From a virus: a stretch of DNA of 64,000 nucleotides. This document shows, in pieces, positions 1 to 8,634 of this stretch. Where the stretch lies: positions 1 to 64,000 of IMG/VR virus record IMGVR_UViG_3300044699_000112. One strand, 5' to 3'. Positions within the stretch are counted from its first letter, which is position 1; every line of letters begins with the position of its first letter. Position numbers and translations under genes: made by a program. The notes below the pieces were generated by a model that made no database searches, was not told where the DNA came from, and worked only from the letters and a program-made list of their open reading frames with translations.

Positions 1-648
1 CCCGTAAGACTCGTTCAAACCAGGGCAGCCCCCCTCGATGAGGGCTTCAGAGAGCTCCTCATCACGGCGTCAGCGAACCGCCTGCGGCGCATCCAGGCCA
101 GGGCGATTCAGCTTGAGGAGGTCCGCTCCGATCGGGCCGCGGCAGCGGACCCGGCGGTCCCCGGCGATCGCACCGGGCTGCTGGTGAAGCGGTACCGCTC
201 GATCAGGACAGGGCCGAAGGAGTGGCGCGAGGTGATCGATGCGGAGCTCGACACCGGGCTGCTGGCGGAGGAGCGAGCCCTGGAGGAGGCCGCGGCGAAG
301 GAGACCGGTGAGTGGCTCGCGCAACACGGTAGAGGTGCCTTCGGAGTGGACGGCAGCAGCGGCCGGGGGCCGCTGGTGGTGGTGCTGAGCTCCGGGCTGC
401 AGCCGCTGCCGGGCCCGGCGCCGGGCGCCGCCCGCCACCGGATCACCGATCCGCGGCGCCTCCGGCCCGCCACGGCGGCCGAGGCGGAGGCAGCGGGGGC
501 AATCCCCCTCTCCCTGGTCGACGTGGAGCAACAACCGGACTACGTCGTTGCTGTGGAGGATACCCGAGAACGAGCATTGTCAGGTGTGGTGGAGGGCCTC
601 GACCTCGACGAGGTCGCTGACCTCGACGACGTCGACGCCTCATCCTAG
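1..648 (+). CDS. Terminase small subunit-like protein (5'-truncated by window edge)
   Basis: Frame 1 is open from base 1. 'NRLRRIQARAIQLEEVRSDRAAAADPAVPGDRTGLLVKRYRSI...ELDTGLLAEERALEEAAAKETGEW' resembles a phage family I recall lying upstream of TerL genes. Followed by palindrome-rich non-coding DNA. Confidence 0.5.
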   Translation, partial: PVRLVQTRAAPLDEGFRELLITASANRLRRIQARAIQLEEVRSDRAAAADPAVPGDRTGLLVKRYRSIRTGPKEWREVIDAELDTGLLAEERALEEAAAKETGEWLAQHGRGAFGVDGSSGRGPLVVVLSSGLQPLPGPAPGAARHRITDPRRLRPATAAEAEAAGAIPLSLVDVEQQPDYVVAVEDTRERALSGVVEGLDLDEVADLDDVDASS

Positions 649-700
649 GCTCGAGCCAGGGCTCGAGCCGTTAGCCTCGTCTACGTCTGCGACGTAGCCT

Positions 701-732
701 CGTGGCATGGGGTACCCCTACCCCATGCCACG
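701..732. repeat. Perfect 14-bp inverted repeat (candidate pac/terminus-associated hairpin)
   Basis: CGTGGCATGGGGTA-cccc-TACCCCATGCCACG, downstream of the TerS-like gene and near where the + strand becomes G-rich. The repeat is certain; the function is inferred. Confidence 0.75.
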
Positions 733-1054
733 CTTCGCGCGGGTCCCCCGCCTGTCCGCCCGAGGGGTGTATCGCGGGACATGTGAGGTTCAGCGCATCG
801 AACCGGGGGAATAGTACTGCTCGATTGGAGGGGACGATCGACACGGGGGCGTGAAATATATTTGGGCGGGGGTGGAAAAAGGGGGAGGCGTGAAACGCAG
901 TAGGGGAGGAACGGAGCTCGGGCGTGCCGCCCTTGCAGGTAGCTCCCCCGGTGAGCTATCCCCCCATAAGAGTTTGAGTGGGGCCCCCCTGAAGAGGGTG
1001 GTAGAAGGTTTTTCTACCAGGGAGAAGAATCAGTGGGGGTAATAGTGCAGCGGA

Positions 1055-1351
1055 TTGATGCAGGATTTGGCGATTTTGCGCAAACCGCGTATTGTGAGGG
1101 TTACGGGGGCGTATATGAACTCGAAGAAGGCGGTCTGCATCCGGTGCCGTGGAATCCATCGAGGGAGTACGTGCGGGCGGCCGCAGGCGGTGGTAAGGTT
1201 GCTCGAGGAGGCAGCGGCCTTGGACGCGGTGCTGGATCCGATCGAAGAAGCGATGTACAACGGGGAGCTCAAGGGGCGTGATGCGGTGAGGGCGTTTCGG
1301 GCGGCCTGGGAGAGCGTGTATGGGCCTCAGAAATGGAAGGTCGCTTTGTGA
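1055..1351 (+). CDS. Hypothetical protein (CxxC..H..C motif)
   Basis: 98-aa ORF with CIRCRGIHRGSTC followed by a helical C-terminus. Confidence 0.5.
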   Translation: MMQDLAILRKPRIVRVTGAYMNSKKAVCIRCRGIHRGSTCGRPQAVVRLLEEAAALDAVLDPIEEAMYNGELKGRDAVRAFRAAWESVYGPQKWKVAL

Positions 1352-1995
1352 GGCGTGCTTCTATAAGTTCTATACAGAATAATAGTGGTGCAACCATTGC
1401 ACCAGACGCGGTGCAACCATTGCACCAGACGGAGCCTTGGAAATCGCTCAAGGGTTTCGTTCAAAAACCGATCAAACTAATTCAGGATCCGACCGTTCAC
1501 CATGCGGCGAAATGTGTGTACGATGCGGTGGCGTATTTGGTGTGGAAGGGGAAGGGCGCGTGTGACGAGCCGGTGGAGGTGATCGCCTCCTGGTGCAATG
1601 TTTCGAGGCGGCAGACGCTGACGGCGCTGCGGGCGCTGACGCAGAAGGGGTATATATGGCGTACGGTCCGGGGTTATATGCAGCCAGACCGTTACACGCT
1701 GCCGGATGCGAAGGCCGAGGCGCCGGTATTGGCACCGGTGGCGAAGGTGCACAAAAAGGCGTGGGCGCCGTGTCAGAAGTGCGGGGCCAAGGCGCCGCCG
1801 TCGAAGTTTGGGTGCTGTCAGGCTGGGATGAGGGCGGAGAACCGGTTCCGGAAGTACCTGGAGGCAAAGAAGGAGCTTGGGACTGGGGCTACTAGGGCGC
1901 TGATCGCGGCGCAGATGAAGGCAAACGAGCCGGAGATGGTGCGGTTTGAGCGGCTGGCGCGGGAGCGGGCAAATTTGCAGGTGAAAACGGCCTGA
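1333..1995 (+). CDS. Winged helix-turn-helix DNA-binding protein with Cys cluster
   Basis: 'VEVIASWCNVSRRQTLTALRALTQKGYIWR' is a typical wHTH. CxxC...CC occurs C-terminally. The true start may be GTG at 1411. Confidence 0.7.
   Translation: MEGRFVRRASISSIQNNSGATIAPDAVQPLHQTEPWKSLKGFVQKPIKLIQDPTVHHAAKCVYDAVAYLVWKGKGACDEPVEVIASWCNVSRRQTLTALRALTQKGYIWRTVRGYMQPDRYTLPDAKAEAPVLAPVAKVHKKAWAPCQKCGAKAPPSKFGCCQAGMRAENRFRKYLEAKKELGTGATRALIAAQMKANEPEMVRFERLARERANLQVKTA
1387..1431. repeat. Tandem 22-bp direct repeat x2, each an internal palindrome (operator-like)
   Basis: GGTGCAA-cca-TTGCACC-agacg at 1387-1408 and 1410-1431. Confidence 0.8.
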
Positions 1996-2164
1996 TTTGT
2001 GATACGCTCGCCTCTGGGTTCAAAAGAGCCGCACGCATTTGCCCTGGGGATCACTCCTCCGGGGCTTTCGTGTTTTTGAGCGGGGTGTGATAGGCTCAAC
2101 GGTGTCTGGTTGGGAACCTCCTGTTAGGTTTGGTTTGTTTGTGGCATTTGGGTATTGGGCCGCA

Positions 2165-2210
2165 TGCGCCCCGGAGTTTACAGCCATTTTCTCCGGGGCG
2201 CACGTGTTTT
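2165..2210 (+). terminator. Rho-independent terminator-like hairpin
   Basis: TGCGCCCCGGAG / CTCCGGGGCGCA stem followed by cgtgtttt. Confidence 0.5.
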
Positions 2211-2257
2211 GGGGGGGATTCCTGGTGTAGAGTGGGGGGCTGAAGGAGAAGCATCCA

Positions 2258-2803
2258 ATGCCTCTTGTCCATGTTTCCGGCTGGTTACAGGCTTCTGAGC
2301 TTGAAGGCGGCCAGATTGACAACACACTTCCCTCGCGGCCTGCGCGGCCGGTGAGACCGGACAATTCCTTACCGGATAATCCCTACTATCCGGACAATTC
2401 CCTGCCTGGGTGGATTCAGAAGCCGATCGGGAAGCCTCCGGGGCGGCCGGTATTGCCGGATAACACGTTACCGCCTCCTGCGGCGCCGCCGCATCCGTGG
2501 CTGCCTGGGGGGTGGGTGCCGGTCGATCCGGGGTTCGGGAAGCCGCCGTTGTGGGGATGGATGCCGGGGCCGGATAACGGGTTACCGGCGCCGCCGGTGG
2601 GGCCTGGGCAGCCTCCGGGCGGTGGTGGCGGTGGTGGGGGCTCGTGGGTGCCGACCGATCCGGATTATGGCAAGCCGGTGCATCCGTGTCCTCCGCAGGC
2701 TGGTACCAAGCCGGTGCCGCCGGTGTGGATCTGGATTCCGGTGCAGCCGCCGGATCTGGCCAAGCCGGTGCCGTCGCCGACGCCCGAGCCCAAGTTGCGG
2801 TAA
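2258..2803 (+). CDS. Proline-rich repeat protein (PDNSLP/PDNTLP and WVPxDPxxGKP repeats)
   Basis: SD AAGGAG upstream, repeated peptide motifs, and a terminator downstream. Confidence 0.75.
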   Translation: MPLVHVSGWLQASELEGGQIDNTLPSRPARPVRPDNSLPDNPYYPDNSLPGWIQKPIGKPPGRPVLPDNTLPPPAAPPHPWLPGGWVPVDPGFGKPPLWGWMPGPDNGLPAPPVGPGQPPGGGGGGGGSWVPTDPDYGKPVHPCPPQAGTKPVPPVWIWIPVQPPDLAKPVPSPTPEPKLR

Positions 2804-2860
2804 GCTCAAGCCAACGACGTTTTCGATCTGTGACAGTCTTGTGATTTGTTATCCAGCGAG

Positions 2861-2898
2861 GCGCCCGCGGAGGAATCCCACACTCCGCGGGCGCTTTT
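2861..2898 (+). terminator. Rho-independent terminator
   Basis: GCGCCCGCGGAG / CTCCGCGGGCGC 12-bp stem plus TTTT. Confidence 0.7.
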
Positions 2899-2916
2899 GC
2901 GTTTCCCGGTGGCGTT

Positions 2917-2951
2917 TGGGGTACATTCTGGGGTACATTCTGGGGTACATT
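2917..2951. repeat. 12-bp tandem repeat x3 (TGGGGTACATTC)
   Basis: Directly visible in intergenic DNA; the third copy lacks the last base. Confidence 0.85.
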
Positions 2952-3015
2952 GATCCACCTGTTGGTGACATGAACGCCACGAAGGGCCCTTGGTGAATCA
3001 GACGCCGGGGCCCGC

Positions 3016-3066
3016 GTGGAACACTCGTGGAACAGTGCCAGTAAAAGCGTGGAACGCTTGTGGAAC
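3016..3066. repeat. GTGGAAC x4 in 11-bp helical phase
   Basis: Copies start at 3016, 3027, 3049 and 3060. Confidence 0.8.
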
Positions 3067-3142
3067 AAGGAGTAAGGCGCAAAAGCAGGAAAATCTGCCG
3101 CGGCGCTTCAGAAATGGCATGAATATCTGTACCGTGCCGGGG

Positions 3143-3328
3143 ATGATCGAGTTGACGCTCGAGTTCTCGCGGTCGACCTCGTGGTTTGTGGCGAAATCGA
3201 TCGTGGCCGTTACGAATTCGACGCGGGTGAGGCGGGGGACGTGCGTGGAAATGGCGGGCGGGGGCCGGTACGAGGTGATGGAGACGCCGCCGGAGGTGAT
3301 GGCGGCGATCGAGGAGGCGCTCAGTTGA
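3143..3328 (+). CDS. FlbD/SwrD-family small protein
   Basis: 'MIELT...WFVAKSIVAV...TCVEMAGGGRYEVMETPPEVMAAIE' follows the FlbD pattern (MIxLT...I..I...T.I.L..G..Y.V.E...EV...I). Confidence 0.6.
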   Translation: MIELTLEFSRSTSWFVAKSIVAVTNSTRVRRGTCVEMAGGGRYEVMETPPEVMAAIEEALS

Positions 3329-3615
3329 CCTCCAAGGCGCTCCAGGAGGCGTTGCGGCCGCGGGCTGAGGGAAATACCCGGCAGAACCTCCACACGTGCC
3401 GCAAGGGGCCCCTGCTGCTCCGGCACGGGGGGCCGTGTGAGCAGTGCGAGGCGGCCAAGTACCTGACCAAGGTGTTTTTCGGGCCGCGGGAGTGCCAGAA
3501 GGGGGTGCCGCACCTCTACGACGGGCCGGTGATCTCCGAGGCCAGCGGTTTGTGGAGCTCGAAGACGTGTTCGCGGTGCGGTAGACTCGCGATCACGGAC
3601 ACGGTATGGGAATGA
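3325..3615 (+). CDS. Hypothetical Cys/His-rich protein
   Basis: TTG start overlapping the previous stop; several CxxC motifs. Confidence 0.45.
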   Translation: MTSKALQEALRPRAEGNTRQNLHTCRKGPLLLRHGGPCEQCEAAKYLTKVFFGPRECQKGVPHLYDGPVISEASGLWSSKTCSRCGRLAITDTVWE

Positions 3616-3869
3616 CCCTCAACGAGGCGCTGGCGGCGGTGGTGGACCGGGTGCGGGCGCGCACTCTCTACACGGCCGACATCGAAACCGACCACGAGGG
3701 GGTACTTCTGGTGCATGTCAACGTGCCGATGGAGGACCACAAAAAGCTCGAGCACAAAAAGACGGGGCCGGTTTTGGCGGCGGCGCGCGAGGCGGCCCAA
3801 GAGCACGGGTTTAAGATTGCGGGGGGGCGGGCGAGTGCCCGCGGCATGGGGCTCCTGGTGGAGGTGTAA
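3606..3869 (+). CDS. Hypothetical protein
   Basis: Translationally coupled ORF with protein-like composition. Confidence 0.5.
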   Translation: MGMTLNEALAAVVDRVRARTLYTADIETDHEGVLLVHVNVPMEDHKKLEHKKTGPVLAAAREAAQEHGFKIAGGRASARGMGLLVEV

Positions 3870-3870
3870 G

Positions 3871-4044
3871 TTGAAAATATCCGAACTGATGGGCATGCTG
3901 CGCGATTACGAGACCAAGTTCGGCGATCAGGAGATCAAGATCCTCAACCTGGACGACGCCGAGAGTAATGCGCTTTTCATTCTCGACCTTGTCCCGGCGG
4001 ACGGGGAAGTAGCGGCGCTGCGCGTGGGTTTATTCGGCAACTAA
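3871..4044 (+). CDS. Hypothetical protein (MKISELMGMLRDYETKFGDQEI..)
   Basis: SD GGAGGTG upstream; N-terminal pattern common in small phage proteins. Confidence 0.55.
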   Translation: MKISELMGMLRDYETKFGDQEIKILNLDDAESNALFILDLVPADGEVAALRVGLFGN

Positions 4045-4481
4045 CCCATGAGGGACTTATTGAGGGCCTTGATGGCCTCAACGTGTTCTTCTTCCTCCTG
4101 GTCGGTACCGGCGGAGTAAGCGGGCACGGGCGGCTTGTGCGCCTGGGCGTATTTCTCCTTGGGCTGGAGCTTGGAGATAATGTCGGCGCGCTCGCGGCGC
4201 TGGGCGAGGATGTTATAGGCGTTGACGCCGCCGATGCGCTCGATCGCCAAATCGCAGGCCGCCTCAAATTCCTCCACAGCAAAGCTGATTTCTTCGTTCA
4301 TGGGTTTTCTCTTCTCCAGGTGGATCATAATGGCGGCGCGGCGGCCGCAGTCGTTGCAGATGCCGTCTTCGTTGATCGATTTGTGCCAGCAGTGCTGCCA
4401 CTCGCCCGGCCGCGGGTCGTCATTCATTTCACGGTCCTCCCTGCGCCATTCCTCGAGACGCTTAGCGAGCGGGTAGCTCAT
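4041..4481 (-). CDS. Hypothetical protein (possibly two coupled small genes)
   Basis: Part of the leftward cluster at 4041-5306; internal M at 4301. Confidence 0.45.
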   Translation of the reverse strand: MSYPLAKRLEEWRREDREMNDDPRPGEWQHCWHKSINEDGICNDCGRRAAIMIHLEKRKPMNEEISFAVEEFEAACDLAIERIGGVNAYNILAQRRERADIISKLQPKEKYAQAHKPPVPAYSAGTDQEEEEHVEAIKALNKSLMG

Positions 4482-4687
4482 AGCACCTTGTCCTCTTCGC
4501 AGAAGGTCGGCTCGGGGGCGGGCGGAGTGTGCATCGCCGCGGGGGCGCGCATCACCTCGCGCACGATCCGCGCGAAGTCGAACGCCTCGTCGAGTGTGAG
4601 CTTGGCCGCGGGCGCCGCGAGCGTCACGAACCACTCACCTTTTTCATCCTGGATAGTATTGAGGTCGATCTGTCCGAATACTTGCAT
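4478..4687 (-). CDS. Hypothetical protein
   Basis: SD GGAG upstream; ATGA-type coupling to the next gene. Confidence 0.5.
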   Translation of the reverse strand: MQVFGQIDLNTIQDEKGEWFVTLAAPAAKLTLDEAFDFARIVREVMRAPAAMHTPPAPEPTFCEEDKVL

Positions 4688-4697
4688 GTAAGTGCTC

Positions 4698-4946
4698 CTA
4701 AGTAATCAGTGGGTATAACTGCGGCGCCGGGTCCTTGCCTTTACGCGCAGCGAGCATACGGCGCCGGGCGGTCAACTTAGACAAAATGCCGCCGGTGTTA
4801 CGAATAGCAAAGACCTTGTAAGGTACTAAGTGCGAAGCCAGCCCGGCCGAGTAGCATTTGGGGCAGGCAAACTCACCGGTGTCCTCGATCAGAGTAACTT
4901 CCAGCAACCTGCACACCGGGCACTGTAAATCAATAATCATACTCAT
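4698..4946 (-). CDS. Zn-ribbon hypothetical protein
   Basis: CPVC...CPKC. Confidence 0.5.
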   Translation of the reverse strand: MSMIIDLQCPVCRLLEVTLIEDTGEFACPKCYSAGLASHLVPYKVFAIRNTGGILSKLTARRRMLAARKGKDPAPQLYPLIT

Positions 4947-5105
4947 TGCTCTTCTTCACCATACTCTCCGGCAGCACGTCCCAGGTCTCGAGCGACTCGT
5001 TCCAGACCATCGGCCGTTTGCAGGTGATGCAGCAGTTGGGGAGGTGGAGCGAGGCGAAGGCGGGCGCGTGGCCGAAGAGGCGGCAGGCTACTTCTTTCCA
5101 CCACT

Positions 5106-5306
5106 TCATTTCTTTTTTCCTTGCGAGCGGGCGAAGTCCATCGCTGCCTTTTGATGCATTTCGAGCAGACTGAAGTCGGTCTTCGACATCATGCCGTGGC
5201 TGGGGTTATACACGTCAACCTCCAGGCGCGGCTTCATCACGCCGAGCGGGTCGACCTTCTGGGGCGTGGGATCAGAATTACGGCAGCCGGGGCAATGTTC
5301 ACTCAT
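5106..5306 (-). CDS. Hypothetical protein
   Basis: First gene of the leftward cluster (MSEHCPGC...). Confidence 0.45.
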   Translation of the reverse strand: MSEHCPGCRNSDPTPQKVDPLGVMKPRLEVDVYNPSHGMMSKTDFSLLEMHQKAAMDFARSQGKKK

Positions 5307-5436
5307 GGGGTTCGCCTTTCCCTTCGGCGGGCACGAGTTGCTAAAAGGAGCCTCCTCCGAAACGCTCCCGCGCGAATCGCGCCCGCAGCAGGAATTCCAG
5401 CGTAAAAGGGGGCGCGGAAAAAAGCAAGGGGAATCT

Positions 5437-5554
5437 TTGCGCAAGCTGTGCTACGCTCAGATTGTCGCTTCACCTCGACATTGGCCGGTGCGGTTGTGGC
5501 GCCAACGCACTGCATCGGCCATCCGTTTCGGCGGGAAGGTGAACGAGGTGAAAG
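5437..5554 (+). promoter_or_regulatory. Extended -10 promoter and structured 5' leader occluding the SD
   Basis: TGTGcTACGCT at 5447-5457. TTCACCTCG (5469-5477) is complementary to CGAGGTGAA (5544-5552, the SD). Internal 13-bp stem and a UUCG-loop hairpin. Confidence 0.5.
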
Positions 5555-5914
5555 ATGGCGAAGATCAAACCGGCCGTAGCGCCGCCCGTGGACAACCTCT
5601 GGCTGCTCGAGCTCGACATGCAGGAGGTCCTGACGTTTGTGGGGCTGATGTCGGCGGCGATGGCCCATGTCCAGCGGATGCTCAACCCGATGACGGCGAG
5701 CTCGGGTTCCAAGTGCGAGGCGGTGAAGTACCTGCTGATGACGGCCGAGGCGGTCGAGAGGGGCGGTGACCTTGTGCGCCGCCTGCCCCCGTCGCAGGCT
5801 CATCCGTTCTACGAGGAGATCGAGACGCGGGTGCTCGCCAATATTGCCGATCTGCTCGAAGCCAACCGGCACGTGCACGACGACGAGGTCGAGGACAGGA
5901 CCAGGGTGAACTGA
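5555..5914 (+). CDS. Hypothetical helical protein
   Basis: SD GAGGTG; high GC3. Confidence 0.6.
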   Translation: MAKIKPAVAPPVDNLWLLELDMQEVLTFVGLMSAAMAHVQRMLNPMTASSGSKCEAVKYLLMTAEAVERGGDLVRRLPPSQAHPFYEEIETRVLANIADLLEANRHVHDDEVEDRTRVN

Positions 5915-6480
5915 TGAGCCCGAGTGATCTGGCGTTCCTCAAGGCGCTCGGCATCAAGGCCGAGGAGGTGCAACCGGCGGCGAAGCAGTGGAACGATGAG
6001 GCGCCGGTGTATGAGACGTGCCCGGAGTGCGGCGGCAAGCGCCACCGCTACCTCTCGGACGGACAGGTGTTCTGCCTCTCGTGCACGAACCGCAAACAGA
6101 GGGAGGCGCGCTACCAGAAGGCCCTGGCGGAGGCCCAGAAGGGCGCCATGATGTCCCGTGACCTCTATCTGGCGCAGCTTGCGTACCAGCGGGCCAAGGA
6201 AGAGTCCGCGGTTCTGAAATACCGGGGCTTCGAGATCTCCCACCTCAACGGCGTGGGCTGGTCCTATCGCCTGCCCAATGACAATGTCTTCGGCCACTGG
6301 ATGAAGGCCCACTCGCTCCAGGATGCCGAGCGCCGGGTCGATCGCGTCTGCGGCCCCGAGATCCGCCATGATGACGACGAGATCGCCTTCCCGCTCCTTG
6401 AAAACCAGTGCCGCGGTTGTGGGGCGCCCTGCGGAGCGCGGCGCTGGTGCCTCTCCTGCGCCAGGGACAAGTTCCTATGA
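5914..6480 (+). CDS. Hypothetical protein with two Zn-finger motifs
   Basis: CPECGG...CLSC and CRGCG...CLSC. Confidence 0.6.
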   Translation: MSPSDLAFLKALGIKAEEVQPAAKQWNDEAPVYETCPECGGKRHRYLSDGQVFCLSCTNRKQREARYQKALAEAQKGAMMSRDLYLAQLAYQRAKEESAVLKYRGFEISHLNGVGWSYRLPNDNVFGHWMKAHSLQDAERRVDRVCGPEIRHDDDEIAFPLLENQCRGCGAPCGARRWCLSCARDKFL

Positions 6481-6494
6481 GAAGGCGGTGAACG

Positions 6495-6914
6495 ATGGCA
6501 GGACGTAACAATGGCCCCAAGACCACCTGGGGCGAGCTTTTAACCCTGGAGGCGGTGGGTCCTGAAAAATGGGCCGAGGGCGTCCACCAGCGCCGGTACT
6601 GGGCGCTGCTCAATGCTCCGTCGAGCGACAAGGCCACTCTGACGGAGCGCATCAAGGACTTGCGCGAGCTCTACGAGCGCGCCAAAGCCGATCCGAATAT
6701 CTTGAAGCCGATGGCTATGTCCCTGGTCGACCTCGAACTGGGGCTGATCAAGAACATCAAGTGGCTGAAGGCGGGCGGCAAAGACTTCGCGGCCAAGTTC
6801 GACGCCCAGGGCGCCGAGATGGCCGAGCGCAAAGGCTTCCTTCACCAGTTCGAGCGGCTCCACCGGGGCTCGGCGCGGGCGGGCGCCCGCGGCCGCCCTT
6901 CAAGGACGCGATGA
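6495..6914 (+). CDS. Hypothetical protein
   Basis: Coupled ORF with high GC3. Confidence 0.55.
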   Translation: MAGRNNGPKTTWGELLTLEAVGPEKWAEGVHQRRYWALLNAPSSDKATLTERIKDLRELYERAKADPNILKPMAMSLVDLELGLIKNIKWLKAGGKDFAAKFDAQGAEMAERKGFLHQFERLHRGSARAGARGRPSRTR

Positions 6915-7220
6915 ATCCTCGCCGCGCAAATCGTAGAGGAACAGCGGCGTCAGTTCGCCCATGTAGGCGCCGGTCACATTGAAGCTGATAAATTCCTCGG
7001 CGTCTTCTTCACTCATGCCGTCGCGCTCCACCAGGATCGCGACGCACTTGCGGTAGTCGTAGCAGACCACCGGCGTGCGGCAGGCCCCGTGCACCATGCC
7101 GATGACGGCTTCGTCGAATCCGTCTGCGAACATCACCTCGTCGTTGTTCTCAGAGAGATACTCGCGAATTTCGCTTCCAGTCATGCTCAAGATGTTACAC
7201 TTCCCCTCGAAGGAGCCCAC
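6900..7220 (-). CDS. Conserved phage hypothetical protein
   Basis: 'FADGFDEAVIG...VVCYDYRKCVAILVERDGMSEEDAEEFISFNVTGAYMGELTPLF' is a widespread phage family of unknown function. The start is probably a downstream Met. Confidence 0.75.
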   Translation of the reverse strand: MGSFEGKCNILSMTGSEIREYLSENNDEVMFADGFDEAVIGMVHGACRTPVVCYDYRKCVAILVERDGMSEEDAEEFISFNVTGAYMGELTPLFLYDLRGEDSSRP

Positions 7221-7225
7221 ACGCT

Positions 7226-7969
7226 TTGAGCCCTACTTACGATCCCAACCCTCGCGTCGTCCGCGATCCCAACGTTGCCTACGATCCTAATTTGGATCTC
7301 GATCCCAACGCCGATCCCAATCTCCCCTACGATTCGCGATTCGACGTTCCGCCGGTTGTCGCGCCGCTCGTGGTCGAGCCGCCCACCGCCGAACAGTTAA
7401 CCGTTTTGCTGACGGCGATCCGGCGCATCGCGCCCCTGAGCGCCCGGCGCGTGGTGGAAATCATCGATGCGTTCGCCCTCCACTATTACCCCGATGGCTG
7501 GCCCGAGCCGGGTCCACCGGAGCCGCCGCCCGATGTGCTCATGAACAATTCGATCAGTTCGGCCACGATCCTCACGCTCTCGACGGTGCCCAAGGAAGTA
7601 GTGCCGTGTTTCCCTCCCGGTACATCGCTCGAATTCCGCGGGTGCGCGGTCACCTTCACGTTCGGCACGCTCCCTTACGTCGATGCCGGAGGCGTGGCCA
7701 TGCTTCAGATGAAGATCGGCGGGGTGGTGGTGTCCGAAGACCTCTCATGCGACTTCATGCTGGGTTCGGCGAACTCAACGGCGTCGTTTGTCGCGCTCCC
7801 CGGCATCGCGCTCCAGCCCGATCTGGGGATCACGCTCGTCATAGTAGGCGGCACGCTGACCGGCGGCGATTCGAACATGGTGCTCGACATCACCTACGGC
7901 AAGCATCCGCCTGCCGACGCCGCGGCGCTCGAACGCTCGCTGCCGCCCTACAAATTCGGAGTTGCCTGA
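7226..7969 (+). CDS. Putative virion decoration protein with N-terminal DPN repeats
   Basis: Five DPN repeats, then a beta-rich domain ('[14 protein letters not shown]...TFGTLPY...[12 protein letters not shown]'). Confidence 0.5.
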   Translation: MSPTYDPNPRVVRDPNVAYDPNLDLDPNADPNLPYDSRFDVPPVVAPLVVEPPTAEQLTVLLTAIRRIAPLSARRVVEIIDAFALHYYPDGWPEPGPPEPPPDVLMNNSISSATILTLSTVPKEVVPCFPPGTSLEFRGCAVTFTFGTLPYVDAGGVAMLQMKIGGVVVSEDLSCDFMLGSANSTASFVALPGIALQPDLGITLVIVGGTLTGGDSNMVLDITYGKHPPADAAALERSLPPYKFGVA

Positions 7970-7979
7970 AGGAGGTATC

Positions 7980-8111
7980 ATGCCGCTGAAATCAGGGTCA
8001 TCCCAGAAGACGATCTCCCAGAACATCAAGACCGAGATGACGCACGGGAAACCGCAGAAGCAAGCCGTGGCGATTGCCCTCTCCAAAGCGGGCAAGTCGA
8101 ACAAGAAATAG
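7980..8111 (+). CDS. Small basic phage protein [43 protein letters not shown] (not in ORF track)
   Basis: Perfect SD AAGGAGGT; 43 aa; the '[11 protein letters not shown]' motif is widespread in phage head modules. Confidence 0.85.
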   Translation: MPLKSGSSQKTISQNIKTEMTHGKPQKQAVAIALSKAGKSNKK

Positions 8112-8120
8112 AGGAGAGAA

Positions 8121-8453
8121 ATGCCCGAAGAGACTGTTGAAGAAACCATCGCTCGCGAGCGCGCAGAGCAACTGACCTATCCGGTTCCGGCTCCGGTTCC
8201 GCAAACTGCGCCGCCCACGCTCGAAGGGCTGCACGCCTTCCTCCTCGCGCTGCGGGCGAGCGCGTACGTTTCGGCCCTTACGACCGCCAAGATGATCGAC
8301 GCTTGGCTCGAGAAGTATCCTCTGCCTGAAGAACTGGAAGCTCGCGAAGCCCGCGAGCGCGAAGAGCGAGAAGCCCTCGAAACTCGCGAGGAGCGCGAAG
8401 AGCGAGAAGCCCGCGAGCGCGAAGAGCGCGATCGCGAAGTGGCCGCGGCGTAA
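8121..8453 (+). CDS. Hypothetical protein with E/R-rich repeat (REAREREE)
   Basis: SD GAGGAG; single-alpha-helix-like C-terminus. Confidence 0.7.
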   Translation: MPEETVEETIARERAEQLTYPVPAPVPQTAPPTLEGLHAFLLALRASAYVSALTTAKMIDAWLEKYPLPEELEAREAREREEREALETREEREEREAREREERDREVAAA

Positions 8454-8458
8454 CGATT

Positions 8459-8634
8459 CCGGCCCTTTCAGGTTCCTTTGAGGGCCGGGCCAACAAATAC
8501 GAGGCCGTGGCGGAAGTCCGGACGACTCCGCCACGGTCGTTGGTCTACAATTGGCTTGTCTCTTTCCAAGGAGACGTTCAGGAGCCGCGGGGGCGCGAAA
8601 GTACCTTGACTAAACGGTCGCGCCCCGTGCGGCT
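8459..8634 (+). ncRNA. Candidate structured RNA (four consecutive hairpins) upstream of TerL
   Basis: Stems at 8459-8488, 8489-8545, 8558-8575 and 8583-8634, several with G-U pairs. Confidence 0.3.

Noticed and set aside
2917-3066. CRISPR array
   Set aside because: Repeats are 7-12 bp with no unique spacers, and there are no cas genes.
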